Positions 38,821 through 52,261 of a stretch of 64,000 bases of DNA are shown piece by piece. Position 1 is the first letter of the stretch; the number at the start of each line of letters is the position of its first letter. Both the position numbers and the translations under genes were made by a program. The stretch is taken from assembly GCA_964016885.1 (NCBI GenBank), contig OZ024742.1, positions 69,130,001 through 69,194,000 of the forward strand, in the 5' to 3' direction. The notes beneath the pieces are model-generated. The model worked only from the letters and a program-made list of their open reading frames with translations, was not told where the DNA came from and made no database searches. Source of the DNA: Eledone cirrhosa (lineage: Eukaryota).

Positions 38821-39135
38821 ACTTTTTCTGCTTGTACAGTTTGTGACAAAATCTGCCTTTCTGAGGCTGGACTTCAGTCTCACATGAGAGCCCACAATAA
38901 AACACTTCCTACAAACCAGTTCCCACTTATCAATGTCACATATGTCACAGAATATGCAAATCTAAAGGCGGTCTAAAGAGACATTTAAGATTCATCAAAA
39001 TTAGACAACTCAGGCAGTTGAAGCTGCACCGAAACTAAGGTGTAATTTATGTGGATAACATTTTAAAAGTATGTTTGGTCTAAAAAGCCACATAAGTTCT
39101 GATGCCAGAACAGAGCTCCATGCAGTCTCATCACC
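38821..39135 (+). pseudogene. Three decayed C2H2 zinc fingers, probably the 3' end of an RTE-type LINE
   Basis: CTVCDKICLSEAGLQSHMRAH; CHICHRICKSKGGLKRHLR; CNLCG*HFKSMFGLKSHI. Frameshifts, no TGEKP linkers, RTE-like GCAGTCTCATCA end. Confidence 0.55.
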
Positions 39136-39229
39136 TTTCAATTTTCATTATCGTCTTTTCTTTTAATGTATCATACAGTACTTTACTGATTACAGAAGAA
39201 AGTAACATAGTATTTGTTCAATCTATGTG

Positions 39230-39353
39230 CATATTGTCAATTTACTTTTTAATTTACGTATCATATCTATATGGATATATATTTACGTATAATATCAATA
39301 TGCTCATTAGATGTGCTAGCAGAAAACCTCTCGCAGGGCGGTTCTTCTGCTAG
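39230..39353 (+). mobile_element. Helitron 3' terminus
   Basis: Homologous to 28041-28159; hairpin + CTAG|T. Confidence 0.65.
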
Positions 39354-40447
39354 TACATTTAATAACTGTAACTTAACAAGTGGACTAGTCATAAATAGTG
39401 GTTCACTTTAGTGTTTAGTGATATAGTATACACTGAACATTGTTAGACTCTGGTGAATCGGTAATAGGGACATAGTTACATGTACAGAGCATTTGTTGCT
39501 GGTATGTATCCACAGATTAACCGAGAAACTGGTTGGTAACGAAAATACAGCATACACCAACTGCAACATTGTACTATATATGATTAACCATAAACGTAGA
39601 CATAACTGAGTGCTTGAGAGTTTCACTTCACAATCATGAGGTTCCGGTATCAATCCCACTGCATGACATCTTTAGCGTGTGTCTTTTTCCGTAGCCACAG
39701 ATAAGTAACGAACTGCAAGTGAATTTGCGAAGACGGAAGCTGTGTGAAATCCTGTCATTGAAGATTTGTGAAAGACCTGATATTTAAGTAAACGGGAGCT
39801 GTGTGAAATCCTGTCATTGAAGATTTAGGAATGACTTGATATTTAAGTAGAAAAAAACCCCCAAACAATTCACAGTAAACTCAATTTTTCCAACACAATT
39901 CAATTTACCCGAGGCTTATTCTTTACATGATCATGCCACATCATGAATTGATGGGTTTTCAATATTTGGTTTAATGATTCGTTCCACTATTCTGTCATTT
40001 CTACGTAGTAATCTCCTTTTTAGAACTTACGTGCTATATTTCGACACCTCCACTCAAACCAACGTAATACTAACAGCATTTTCCTGTCTTTTGCGACTTG
40101 TATTGTTTTATCGTATTTTGTAAACATTGCACAATATGATAATACACACTAAACTATGTTTGGCTCGTAGAACATGAAGTCCCAAAACGCTGCAGTTCCT
40201 TGTAAAGACATTAGTTCCTTACAAGAAGTGTTCTGTTTTATGGATGTGGTGGAAGGGTATCCCCACCAGTATTTTTAAAAATAATTTTAAAGGCGTCATT
40301 TGCAATTGAATCTATAATAGTCGCATTTCTGAGGCGGTAAGTACGGCACCCAATTTACACTTTGTAACAAAATTTAAGCAAGAATCGTTTTAAAGCCTCG
40401 TGAATAACAACAAACTTACAGGAGGGAACCTGTAGACGTATGAAGCA

Positions 40448-40484
<37 letters not shown>

Positions 40485-40514
40485 AATAGTAATAATAATA
40501 ATAATAATAACAAC

Positions 40515-40549
<35 letters not shown>

Positions 40550-40550
<1 letters not shown>

Positions 40551-40750
40551 GAGGAGACCTTAAAAAGGCTACAGAAGGCATGCTAATGGCTGCGCAAGAG
40601 CTAGCCCTCAGAACGAAGTAGGTGAAACACCATATTGACAAGGAGGAGGCTAGCTCGCTGTGTAGGATCTGTGGAGAGAGAGAGAGGAGACTCTGGCTCA
40701 GATTGTATCCGAGTGTAAACAGCTAGCCCAGACTCACTATAAAGGCTGGA
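40550..40750 (+). mobile_element. Dong/R4-clade LINE fragment adjoining (CAA/TAA)n
   Basis: GDLKKATEGMLMAAQELALRT..CRICGEREETLAQIVSECKQLAQTHY (CCHC-type finger region of R4/Dong). Confidence 0.7.
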
Positions 40751-40845
40751 GAGAGAGAGAGGGAGAGAGAGAGGGAGAGAGAGAGTGAGAGAGAGAGAGG
40801 GAGGGAGAGAGAGAGTGAGAGAGAGAGAGGGAGGGAGAGAGAGAG

Positions 40846-42240
40846 AGTGAGAGAGCTTTTCACGTTTTTCTCTTGGGTGGTTTTGTTTGAGACTGTCGTT
40901 GTTGTTTGCGGTGGTAGTTTAGCTGCTGCTGGTGATGCTGTTGATTTTGTTGTTAATGTGTTCGAGGTGTTGGTGCCGCAATTACTTTCCTCGGCACTGG
41001 TGTTGGCAACAATGGAGGTTTGTGGCCCCCAGCAATTTTCAGCTGGGGGCAAAAGGCTTGCAAATGTGTGGATTCATCACAAAGAAACAGTGCGGCCATT
41101 TGTCCCCAGTAACCACATGAATTTCGTACCCACCCGATAGTCTCAAATGGTCCGTGTTATTTTTTATGTATTCGGGTCTGATTTTAAGAAGGATCTCCAA
41201 ACTAGTCAAATTCACGAAGAGGGAGAAACTTTCTGGGCCCTCCGTAGTTACGCATCCCAAGAGACATCATATGTCCTGTCATGGTGGAATCCTGGAAACG
41301 CTTACCTTTACTGTTCTCCTCCCCATGCAGAACGGATACATGACTATTAGATTCAACTTGCTGAGGACGACCGAGTGTTTGAAAGTAAGGCCCTCTGTTT
41401 TAAATAGCATCGAGATTCCCTGGAATTGTTTGGCTATTGCCATGTTATATGTTATTCATGATGCACTTCAGTGCTGCCTCCATTTCTGGTTGAGAGACCA
41501 TCTCTGATTTGCGAGATTGCATTGAAATACATCTAGATTTGAGAGTTCTTCTCTTCGTTACCGCCAGTACTTCTTCCGGATCGTTTAGGTTTGCCCAGGT
41601 TTTTTCTCTTTTGATGGATTTTCCTGCCTGCGCCAAACGTTCGATTTTGTCCGATATATCCATTGTATATAGTGTTTCTGCTTTTGCAATTGTGGATGCA
41701 AAAGTACTCTTATTGTTGTTCACATTGTTGTTGCTGGTGGTAGTGTTGTCGTCTTTTCATTGTTGCTGATGCTATTAGAGTTGTCGTTGTTCACGTTGTT
41801 GTTGTTGTTGGCGGTTCTGGTGGTGTTGTTCGTTTTGCTGCTGTTGCTTGTTTTGCGTTGTTACTGTTGTTGGTATTGTTGTCATTGTTTTGTTGTTGTT
41901 TTCGCTTGTTTTGTTGTTGTTGTTGCTAGCGACGCCTTTTATATTGGCATAGTTGTTACAACTTGAAACATTGGTGGTGCTGGTGGCGGTTATGCTTGTC
42001 TCGAGAATTGAGCCGCTGTCACGTGATAAATGGCTCAACGCGAGGGGGCGTATTTCGTCCATATTTTATTTAACCAAAATTTGGGAGAAATTTAAATTTC
42101 AAATATTTGGGTATAAGTCCCAAATATTATGAGGACACTCTTCTTCTTGGTAGAACCGGGGGCTTTATGTTCCCCTATCAACAAGTAAAGCTTAACAAAA
42201 TACCAATTTAAACAACTTAAATCTACGTCTTCGGACATTC
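40846..42240 (-). mobile_element. Tx1/L1-clade LINE 5' part (ORF1 pseudogene)
   Basis: Asn/Thr-rich start, TFASTIAK, TWANL..RRTLKSRCIS, RIPP and CFFCDESTHLQAFCP knuckle; homologous to ORF1 at 52469-53750. Confidence 0.75.
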
Positions 42241-42297
42241 ATCACCAACAATAATAGTAAAAACAATATAACAACAACAACAGGAATAGTAATGATG

Positions 42298-42508
42298 ATT
42301 TCTACTTTAGGCACAAGGCCAGCAATTTGGGGAGAGGGGAAATCGATTAAATCAACTCCAGTGCATTACTGGTGCTTTATTTTATCGACTCCATAAGGAT
42401 GAAAGGCAAAGCTAACTTCGGCGGGATTTGTACTCAGAACGTAAAGGGCCGTAACTCTATGCCACAAAGCATATTGTCCGACGCTATACCGATACGACCG
42501 ATCTGCTG
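42298..42508 (-). mobile_element. SINE S1
   Basis: S1 core and tail, between Tx1 pieces. Confidence 0.8.
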
Positions 42509-42511
42509 CCC

Positions 42512-42880
42512 TAATAATTATAATAATAATTATTATTTCCTTTTATTTGCCACAAGGCCAACAAAAAGGGGACAATACAGTAGACAGATACAGTGGGGAT
42601 TTACACTGAAATTGAGTAGAAATAAATAAATAAACACATAACTATACACAACAGAATTTAAAAAATGAAAGTTCCCCCATTAAGGGGAGGACTACCCTGG
42701 AGTGACATAGGAACCCCACAAATCCTAAACCACCCAACACACAAAGAGCCCCCTAGGAGGGCGCCCATCTCTCTAGTTCAGCTAGCCTACCGGTGCGTGA
42801 TCAGAGTTTACATGGGCCATCTTCACCACATTCACCCAGCTTTTAACAAATGTACTGGGGAGGAGCACTCGGCTAGCTTT
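42512..42880 (-). mobile_element. Tx1/L1-clade LINE 3' end with (ATT)n tail
   Basis: Minus strand ends GTTGGCCTTGTGGCAAATAAAAGGAAATAATAATTATT; CSSPVHLLKAG..GTGAATGTGG matches 57790-57850. Confidence 0.7.
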
Positions 42881-43581
42881 ACAAACACTCGATTAAACAA
42901 TTGATATAAGGACTAGGAGGAAAAAATAATAATGTGTATAACTGAAGTTGCAGCTGCACTATAGCAGATGTTGATCGAATTATTAGAGGAGCCGCGAAGC
43001 ACTCAATGAGGGAGGAATTGATAAAAACAAAAAAGTTAAAAATTGTGAAACCAATAATAAAGCAACCAAAAGCATGTTGCTACAATAATACAACAACATC
43101 GATATAAACAAAAAGGTCGAACATTAACCTGGGGCAACTCGAGTGGACATGAATCGATACAAATCGATGAAATCGTCGATAGGTTTCTGGGATCCAGGAG
43201 AGATACATTCCAAGTTGCCTAATGTATATGCAAGTCAGTGATGCATCTTTTGATGGAACGGAGATATCCCTTCTTCAACAGGCTTTGCGTCCCATGTATC
43301 CGATTTGTTCGGTTATCTAGACATCATTAGTCAGTCTAGTAAATTCGGCAGTGAGGTCACATGACTTTTCTAAAAAAAGAGGAAGGTCAGGTGGCCGAGG
43401 ATTTGGCGGGTACATATAAAGTGTGAACAAAGGATTTTTTCACAGCGTCAAATAAGCTCTCGACTAGGTTTACAAACAATCAATTAAACAATTAATTAGG
43501 AGAAAATAATAATTATGAGTATAACAGAAGTTGCAGATGTTGAGGCAGTCACGAAGCACTCAATGAGTGAGGAATTGATAC
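42878..43581. mobile_element. Non-coding element with diverged terminal direct repeats
   Basis: TTACAAACA..GAAGTTGCAG..CGAAGCACTCAATGAG.GAGGAATTGATA at ~42879-43023 and ~43470-43580. Confidence 0.55.
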
Positions 43582-43670
<89 letters not shown>

Positions 43671-43673
<3 letters not shown>

Positions 43674-46600
43674 TCTAAGCTCCGTACGGACGTATAAAAA
43701 CACACACACACACACACACACATACGCACCCGCACTTGCGCAGCTCTATATACAAAACATTTTTTTTTCCATGCGCTCGATCACCACCTTTTGAAACAAG
43801 ATTATCTTACACAAAACGCCGCCAGCTTTTTACTGGAGATGGTGACATGAATGGATCTGTTTTGTTTTTTTTCTCAAAAAACGTTTCGTTTTCGCCACTA
43901 CCCTCTTCCCATTCGAACGAGGTAAATCCCTCATTTGGGACGCCACATGTGACACGTTCTCCGCCTCCAACTTACTCGCTTCGGCTCTTACTCGCTTCCC
44001 TCTCCCTTTCTTCTGTGGCCCAAGAGTCCCTTCTTTTATAGTATTTATAGTCTTTCCCTCTACTCTCCCATTTAGCCAGATCTGCCCTTCTTTACCCCTT
44101 CTCCTTTTCTCATTACTTACTTTTGCTTTTATCTTTCTTTTTCACATTTATGTAATTATCAATGGTTTTAAAGCTAACTTTGTTAATAAAATATAGTTAT
44201 TATTAAAAAATGTGTACGAGTTTAGTTTAGTTTCAGTAATCGATAGCACAATTGAAAGGAAACACCGTTTAGCGAGAGAAAGGCAGAGGAATAGAAGAGC
44301 ATGCTTCTCAGCTGAAAGAGCTGCTGCCATCAGAAACCAAGACAGAATTTGACAAGCACGTCGCCATGAAAATGAAATTGATGTTGAAACTGATGCAAAG
44401 AGAAAATACCAGAGAGAAAAGGCGCCTTATAGGCTTATAAATGAAGCAGAAGAGCAAACGGCAAATAGGAGAAAAGATATGAGAGAAAGAGCTTCGCAAA
44501 AGCCTAGAAAGGAAACTGAAGAACAAGCGGCAGCAAGGAGAGAAGAAATGAGAGAAGGATTTTCCCAGATGATTGCAAACGAAACAGAAGAAGAAACAAT
44601 AGTTCGCAGACAGATTATGAGACAGAGTTTTGAACAGCAATGTCAAAATGGGGCAGAAGAAACAATTCAAAGACGGGAAAGGAATGCCAAGGCAATGAGA
44701 GCTGCCCGTGTAAATGATGCAGGTTTTATAGTTGATAATGACACACATTTAGAAAATAGAGTTCACATTCATAACTGGAAATATGGACTCAATTTGGCAT
44801 TTGTTCTGCAGAGAAACCACCAGATAAACGCTTTAATAATTGTTGTCACAAAGGCAAAATTTTACTTCCTATCAGAAGAGAATTTCCACCATATTTTGTA
44901 TCATTGCTATCTGATCAAAATCATCCACATTATAAGAATTTCAAAGGGAAACATTCGGTCATATATTTCATCACTATCATTCGCTTTGATTTGTGCTCAT
45001 GTGCAGAATCTAACAGGAAGAGGTCCATATTTTTCCGCGCACATTGACAAATTTACCATGGAACTTCCCCTATTCATCTAAATAAAAGCAACCGAAGGAA
45101 AACAATAAGCTCATCTTTGTGTTGTAGACAGCACCCAAGCAACAGAAATAAGAGCTCAGAATCATGCCAATTAAAGTTGCCTCCAAGAAGTGCTCGAAAA
45201 CTTGGATAATATTATTCGTAATGATAATGTGTGTGCTCAGTCTTTTTGAACATTTCATGAAATTGAAGTACAAGAACAATAGTGTGCTCATGAAGAAAAC
45301 ATTGATATGCCAAGCGTCAACTTAGTCTTCAACAGAGATCCTAATATTGACAGAAGGAGATGCAATTTGCCAACAGTCAATGGAATTGCTATCGTATTCA
45401 GAAACAAAGAACCATTTCATAGAGAATTCAAAGTATATCCAAGGAACTCTGAGGTTCCTACCATAAATCTCAACATCTTGAGCCCAATCTTGATCCATGA
45501 CTAGAAATCGTGATGACCAGCAACGGTAAATAATTTCAATGCTTCAATATGAAATACCTTTAACTACTGTAAGGGATAATGAAGGGATAATTCACCAATC
45601 AGGCGGATAGTCATTCTTCCATCATCATTCCAAAGATCAGCAAGAAATATGAGAGTCTGCTACCAAGATAGATTAACAATTGTAAGGAATTTTGGTCCAT
45701 TCAACATATTTCTTACAGAGACATGCAACCCTAATTGGCCCGAGATACAAAATGACTTCTTTCCAGATCAAACAGCCTCCGATAGAGCAGATTTAATGTC
45801 TCGGGTGTCCAATATTCTGTTGCAAGAACTACTAATTGATGTAACAAAAAGACATGTGATTGTTCGAGTTGTCGCACAATGTTACATCATAGAATTTCAG
45901 AAAAGAGGACTGCCGCGCGGCCATTTATTATTAATACTTCATCCAGATGATAAACCGAACACAACTGACAGAAATTGACCACATTGTGTGTGCTGAAATT
46001 GACCCAGAGACAACCAGTACTTTATGAAATTGTTAAGAAATGTATGAATAAAACCTTAAAGCACCTTGCATGGTAAATAAGAACTGCCCAAAAGGCTTTC
46101 CCAAACAGTTTCAACTGGAAACCTTTCAAAACAAAAAGAGGGTTATTCATCCCACAGAAGATGTCCGGGTTCAACGTTAAACGTTGGTCAGAAAGCATTG
46201 GATAACCTATATGTTGTGCCTTATAACAAGTATCTAAATCACAAATACAACTGCCATATCAACGTAGAAATGTGTGCCTTTTGCTCCGTGAAATATGTGT
46301 ATAAGTACATATGTAAAGGCTACGATTCGATAACTATAGGCATCAACGATACAACAGACAATAATGTCACGATTCATGATAAAATCAACAATTATCTAAA
46401 TACCAGATATGATATGTGAGTACTCCGGAAGGAATGTGAATTTTTTCAATCCAAAATAAATGACAGATCCTACGCAATTATTCGCCCTCCTGTTCATCTC
46501 CCGCAGGAACATAAGTCGAATGTATTCTGTCAGCCCTAAGGATCAGGAAAAAATCTACACGTTAAAGGAGCTAGGAATTTCGAGTAATTGAAAACAGTGG

Positions 46601-48650
46601 ATGAGGTCATATGCAGTAGGTATAAAGAAGCAGTAGAACACCGGCAGTTGGTTCAAAATAATTATGAGTGGAGATGATACTTAGAAGAGGTTACTTCGAC
46701 AAATATGCCAAAGCAGCCCCGATAGCTATTGACACTCATTTGCATTTTCAATAATCCAGTCTATCCTGATATGCTGTTCAACAAGTTTGAAGAAAGCTTG
46801 ACTGAAGTCTTCCTTAGACATCACACCAGAGAAATCTCAGTACAACTGGCTTTACGAGAAATTAAAACAACGTTGCCCTTGCAAGGTTTTGCATGCTGAA
46901 ATTTGTATCTTCCGATTACTGATATGCCTTTGATGAACGCCCAGAATGTTGAGCAATATCAAAGCGACCTTGGAATGGAAGCACAAATTACCTCTTTAAC
47001 AGACAGACAATCAGCGTCGTGCGTTTGATCAAATTGTCACAGCTATTGATAACGAACACCGACCCAATAGATTTTTATACTTAAATCGCCGCAGTGGTAC
47101 AGGAAAAACGAAATTCTACAATACCTTGATACTTAATTTGAGTAGTCAAGGAAAGCATGTTCTCTCATTTCCTATAACAGGCACTGCGGCTGATATATTG
47201 CACCAAGGAATAACTGTACACAGTGGTTTTAAACCCCAATGCCTATCTTGGAAAATTCTGTCACTAATGACGACTCCATCACCGCAATCAGAAAAATTAA
47301 AATTAGCGAACCTAATATTAATAATAATTAATGAGGCGTCAATGCTTTCAGGGATTGCATTGTTCCACTGCTAAAGGAAATAATTGTTTCTACTTTTTAG
47401 CACAAGGCCAACAATTACCCAGTACATTACTGGTACTTTATTTTATCGACCCCGTAAGGATGAAAGGCAAAGTTAACCTCAGCGGGATTTGAACTCAGAT
47501 CATAAAGGGACATAACTATGCTAGAAAGCATGGCGTCTGACCCTCTACCGATACTGCCAATTCACCACTGTTAAAGGAAATAATTGTTTCTACTTTTGGC
47601 ACAAGGCCAGCAATTATCCCAGTGTATTACTGGTACTTTATTTTATCGACCCTGTAAGGATGAAAGGCAAAGTTAACCTCGGCGGGATTTGAACTCAGAC
47701 CACAAAGGGCCGTAACTCTTTGCTGCAAAGTATGGCGTCAGACCTTATACCGATACTGCCAATCCACTGTTAAAGGAAATAATTGTTTCTACTTTTGGCA
47801 CAAGGCCAGGAATTACCCCAGTGCATTACTGGTACTTTATTTTATCGACCCCGTAAGGATGAAAGGCAAAGTTAACCTCGGCGGGATTTGAACTCAGAAT
47901 GGCAAAGGCCGTAACTCTATGCGGAAATAATTGTTTCTACTTTAGGCACAAGGCCAGCGGAAATAATGAACTGCCATAAGCCTTTTGGCGGTAAAGGTTT
48001 TCTTGGAGTAGACTTTAGGAAAACTGCGCTTGGTTATTCCGAGAGGATTAAATGCTTCTATAATTGAATCTTCTATCAGATATTCTCCTCTGTAGACACA
48101 TATGACAAGTTTTACCTTAACCAAGGATATGCGAATAAACGGACAAGTTGAATTCAATGCATGGCTTCTTAGCATAGATATTGGAACAGTCTCTAATGAT
48201 GTGGGCTTAGATCAAGATCTGATAGAAATACTAAAAACAATGATTTCATCTGGAAATTTGATAAGAGACGTATTTGGCGACGCCATTTCTGTTGTAAATA
48301 TCGGTGATATTGATAAAATTTCGACAAAAATTATTTTAACAAAGAAAAAAACAACAAGAAAAACCAAACTCCCCCAACAAGAAAGCCTCCCAAAACAAAA
48401 CAACAAAAACAACAAAAAACAAAGATTCAATCAAACTGAATATCAAGATATAATTACTTCGAGATGGAGGGCTTACAGGTATATCAAAGTATTTATGTGC
48501 TAATAGCATATTTATTTGCGAGAATTATCGTGAAGAGATTTTTAATTCTCTGATGCCGTCAGGCAGGCCCTCGTATAATTAGCACTGAAGAAACATTCCA
48601 TAGTGATATTGCTGAGAAATTTGGATTCTGCTAATGGCCAGCTAAATGGT
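43671..48650 (+). mobile_element. Degenerate autonomous Helitron (Rep-Helicase pseudogene)
   Basis: Rep motifs FLTETCNPNWPEI, IEFQKRGLPRGHLLL and YVVPYN..CHINVEMC..VKYVYKYICKG; helicase motifs SGTGKT, IINEASML, KPFGGK..DF, LTKDMR, FNSLMPSG; 5' A|TC at 43671; many frameshifts. Confidence 0.85.
47380..47958 (-). mobile_element. Stack of three S1 SINEs + one stub inside the Helitron helicase
   Basis: Copies at ~47380-47565, 47581-47765, 47781-47922 and 47928-47958, separated by repeats of the host sequence CCACTG(C/T)TAAAGGAAATAAT. Confidence 0.85.
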
Positions 48651-49150
48651 GTAAGTCGAACGAGAAGGAAGGAAAACTTTCAAATTATTTTGAAGGAAAC
48701 AGTCAAAGCATATTAGTTGCGGATAGATTTTTCACAAGCAATTTTGTAATAAAAGACTTATTAAACAAAAAACTTGGTTTTATACCCTTTTTATACAAAA
48801 TACTACAATTAGCAGTCATTTTTGAGCGTACGGGGCCAGGTAGTATGTTTGTAAATAATATAGTCAAAGCTAGAGAATAAAGACCAAAACGTCGAATGCT
48901 TGCTATACAAGCATAGCGACGCTGAAACAAAAAACAAAAACAAAAAAAAACATTAGGTATACAAGAAAAACACAAATACAAACATGTTTTAAAAGTTATT
49001 TAGCACCCGTTGTAAACCTACATACTAATTAACAAAAAGGTTGGCAAGAAATAGAGGACACGATTGTTTGGAAAGATTAAATTATTCATAGGAGCAGAAC
49101 ATAATAAAACCTCTTAAATAAAACACACACACATATATATATATATATAT

Positions 49151-49913
49151 TTGTCAAGCTATTTAACGTAATGTTATTACTCTAAGGACCTACCCTTATT
49201 GAGTACTTTGCTACTCAACTCAATCCTTATTGTAGGTCGACTTTGCTTGGCCACAGTCAAAGCTTCGATTTTACTAAGCTTCCACTTGTATTATTATCTC
49301 CTAGACATAATATTAATTAATTTAATTAGACAATTCTGTTGATTGGTTGATTATTTGTGTTTGTTTAATAACGTCTAGTGGAGAGCTTTTATTCGGAATG
49401 TTGAGCCGAATTTATTTTCCTTTGTTAACATTTTGAATTTACCCGCCAAAAACCGGGGTCTGCTTCCCTTGTTGGAAATAACACGTGACAACGAAATGAT
49501 TGAAGGCTGTCTATTGTGGCGGTCGCATGGAGTTAAGTTCACACCCGTTTGAAGCAAAAGAACGAAATGCCTGTCGATGAAGTGAGTCCCCTGTTCGATC
49601 ATGGAATACCACAAACTTACGTGTTACGTAAGTTTGATTGATGATTTCGGATTCATAGAAACATATCGGACGTATTGCAGAATATCGTTCGATCTGTCCA
49701 GGTCTGTTGTTTTAACCCGATTAGTTCTTTCGTTGTTTTGGTATATAGTATGGTTGGGTTTTGCCTACCGCAATTTTCAACTTGTCAAGCTGTTTAAACG
49801 TAATGTTATTACTCTAAGGACCTACCCTTATTGAGTGCTTTGCTACTCAATCCTTATTGTAGGTCGACTTTGCTTGGCCACAGCCAAAGCTTCGATTTTA
49901 CTAAGCTTCCAGT

Positions 49914-49915
<2 letters not shown>
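49151..49915 (+). mobile_element. Non-coding element, ~630-bp unit + ~135-bp terminal redundancy
   Basis: TTGTCAAGCT..TTACTAAGCTTCCA at 49151-49285 and 49782-49911; (TA)n on both sides; homolog at 24247-24872. Confidence 0.7.
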
Positions 49916-49966
<51 letters not shown>

Positions 49967-51329
49967 ATGGATAATCGATTCAGCAGAACATCTTACAAAT
50001 TACCCTTAGTTTCGTCCCTAAGTTTAAATATTACCAATAACAAGTACCACGGTCATATAGAATGCTTTGCAGTATTTATCTCATTTAATCAATAAAATAC
50101 CAATCTAGTACTGGGGTTGATACTTCCTCTGTCCCAATGTTTCAGTTTTTGTTTGAGTCACTTTCTCTGGAAGACAATGGTTGTTTTTAGACCGGGTTAT
50201 GTATGGGCTCCGTCAGATTTAAATGCCCCAAACACGCTGTCAGCCAGAGGTCAAGATCCATGGATAGATAAACATTAAGCACGAACCAAATAGAGGATGC
50301 GATGTAATCGACTACCCTACTCTTAAAATTGTAACTTCGTACTTTGGTTTGAAATAGATACTCCAGTGATTTGGCAGAAATGAGGGAGCCCAAAACTCAA
50401 GTGGAACAGGCTTGGAGAGGTCATGGCCTTGCAGTGGGCAGGGAATGGATGAGGCTGATGATATAAATTTGCAAATGCTGTTTTCTAGAAAGCTGGAGAA
50501 TTTTGCTTACTTAAGAAATGGGAATATTTCATATTTCACTCACGTACAATTAAATAAGATAATAACAGTGTATAAATTAGGAAGTGGTTGATTAAACTCT
50601 ACGACTTAAGGAAGAGATGAAGAAAGATTCGAGATATCTCCTGCTTATCACAATATATTCATAAATAATTGTTTCTTCTTTTGGCGCAAGGCCAGCACTT
50701 ACCCATGCATTACTCGTACTTTATTTTATCGACCCCGTAAGGATGAAAGGCAAAGTTAACCTCGGCGGGATTTGAACTCAGACCGTAAAGGGACGTAACT
50801 ATGCGTGAAAGCATGGCGTCCCACCCTATACCGATACTGCCAATTCACTGTCAAATCGAGAGAAGACCAAAACGTAGAGTATTTTTCATAAGAGCGTAGC
50901 GACGTTGAAACGAAAAGAAACCAAAAAAAAAAAAAAAAAAAAAAAAATTCTTATTCAAGGGAGATAACAAAAACAAACATTTTATTACAAGTTAATTCCC
51001 TTGTAACAGGATTGTTTGGAAAGATTAATTGGGCTTAAAATATATTTTCCAGTAGGCAGGTAATGGATGAGATGATGATGATGGTGAATATGACGATCAT
51101 GATGATGAAGATATTATTATTATTATAACAGTTATAGGGCAGTGTCGGTAGAGGGTCGGACGCCATGCTTTGCAGCAAAGAGTTACGGCCCTTTATGGTC
51201 TGAGTTCAAATCCCGCCGAGGTTAACTTTGCCTTTCATACTTACGGGGTCGATAAAATAAAGTACCAGTAATGCACTGGGTAATTGCTAGCCTTGTGCCA
51301 AAAGTAGAAACAATTATTATAACAGTTGC

Positions 51330-51560
51330 ATTTATCTTGCTTTATGTTCATACGAGATATCACCAAGTCACAACCAGTGAACTCAAGAGACAACAAGGTC
51401 CGCCATGTTCAAGAAAGAACATATATACACACACATGCATCTTTAGGTGTTTGAATTGTGATGTACTTATATTGACAGAATCTTCCTTAGTATATGGGCA
51501 GTTCCCATTAGTACGCTATTTTGTATTTCTTCTATACGCGGGTTTCCTGGGATTTGTGAT
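51330..51560 (-). mobile_element. Dong/R4 LINE 3' end (family 2)
   Basis: SQIPGNPRIEEIQNSVLMGTAHILRKILSI* is the R4/Dong C-terminus. Confidence 0.65.
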
Positions 51561-51780
51561 ATTATTATTATTATTATTATGGTGGATTGGCAGTATCGGT
51601 AGAGGGCCGGACGCCATGCTTTGATGCATTGAGTTACGGCCCTTTCCATTCTGAGTTCAAATCCCGCCGAGGTTAACTTTGCCTTTCATCCTTACGAAGT
51701 CGATAAAATAAAGTACCAGTAATACACTGGGTAACTGCTGGCCTTGTGCCAACGTAGAAACAATTATTATTATTATTATT

Positions 51781-52042
51781 CTTTGAGTCTCAGTCATTGA
51801 TGTTATTTAACTGGAAAGTTTGTTGAAATGAATATCAAGCCACTACCTGCAGCCTCAGATATTCAGGACCTATCGCAGGGTTCTTGCTGTTCCCAGCAAG
51901 CATGCCTTATGAAGCGTTCCAAAAAGCGGGGATGGACTAATGTTCTTTAACCATCCTTGGAAACTCTTTGAGATAGTAACTAGTGCGCCAATGACAATCG
52001 GTACGACCTTGATTTCATGGCAGTTCGAAATCCTTTTTAACT
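51781..52042 (-). mobile_element. Dong/R4 LINE 3' end (same family as 63678-64000)
   Basis: KVVPIVIGALVTISK..GTLHKACLLGTARTLR; ends in (TAA)n. Confidence 0.75.
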
Positions 52043-52261
52043 TTATTATTAGTGAATTGGCAGTATCGGTAGAGGGTCGGACACTATGCTTTCCAGCATA
52101 GTTACGTCCCCTTACGGTCTGAGTTCAAATCTCGTCGAGGTTAACTTTACCTTTCATCCTTACGGGGTCGATAAAATAAAGTACCAGCAATGCACTGGGT
52201 AATTGCTGGCCTTGTGCCAAAAGTAGAAACAATTATTATTATTATTATTATTATTATTATT

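Noticed and set aside
39350-40440. Search for the TM exon of gene B in unique-looking sequence (also 30530-30700, 50000-50660)
   Set aside because: I found no phase-1 exon with a hydrophobic helix by eye; it probably lies outside the window or was missed.
47380-47958. Regularly spaced repeats resembling a CRISPR array
   Set aside because: The spacers are homologous ~190-bp SINE copies and the repeats are TSDs; eukaryotic context with no cas genes.
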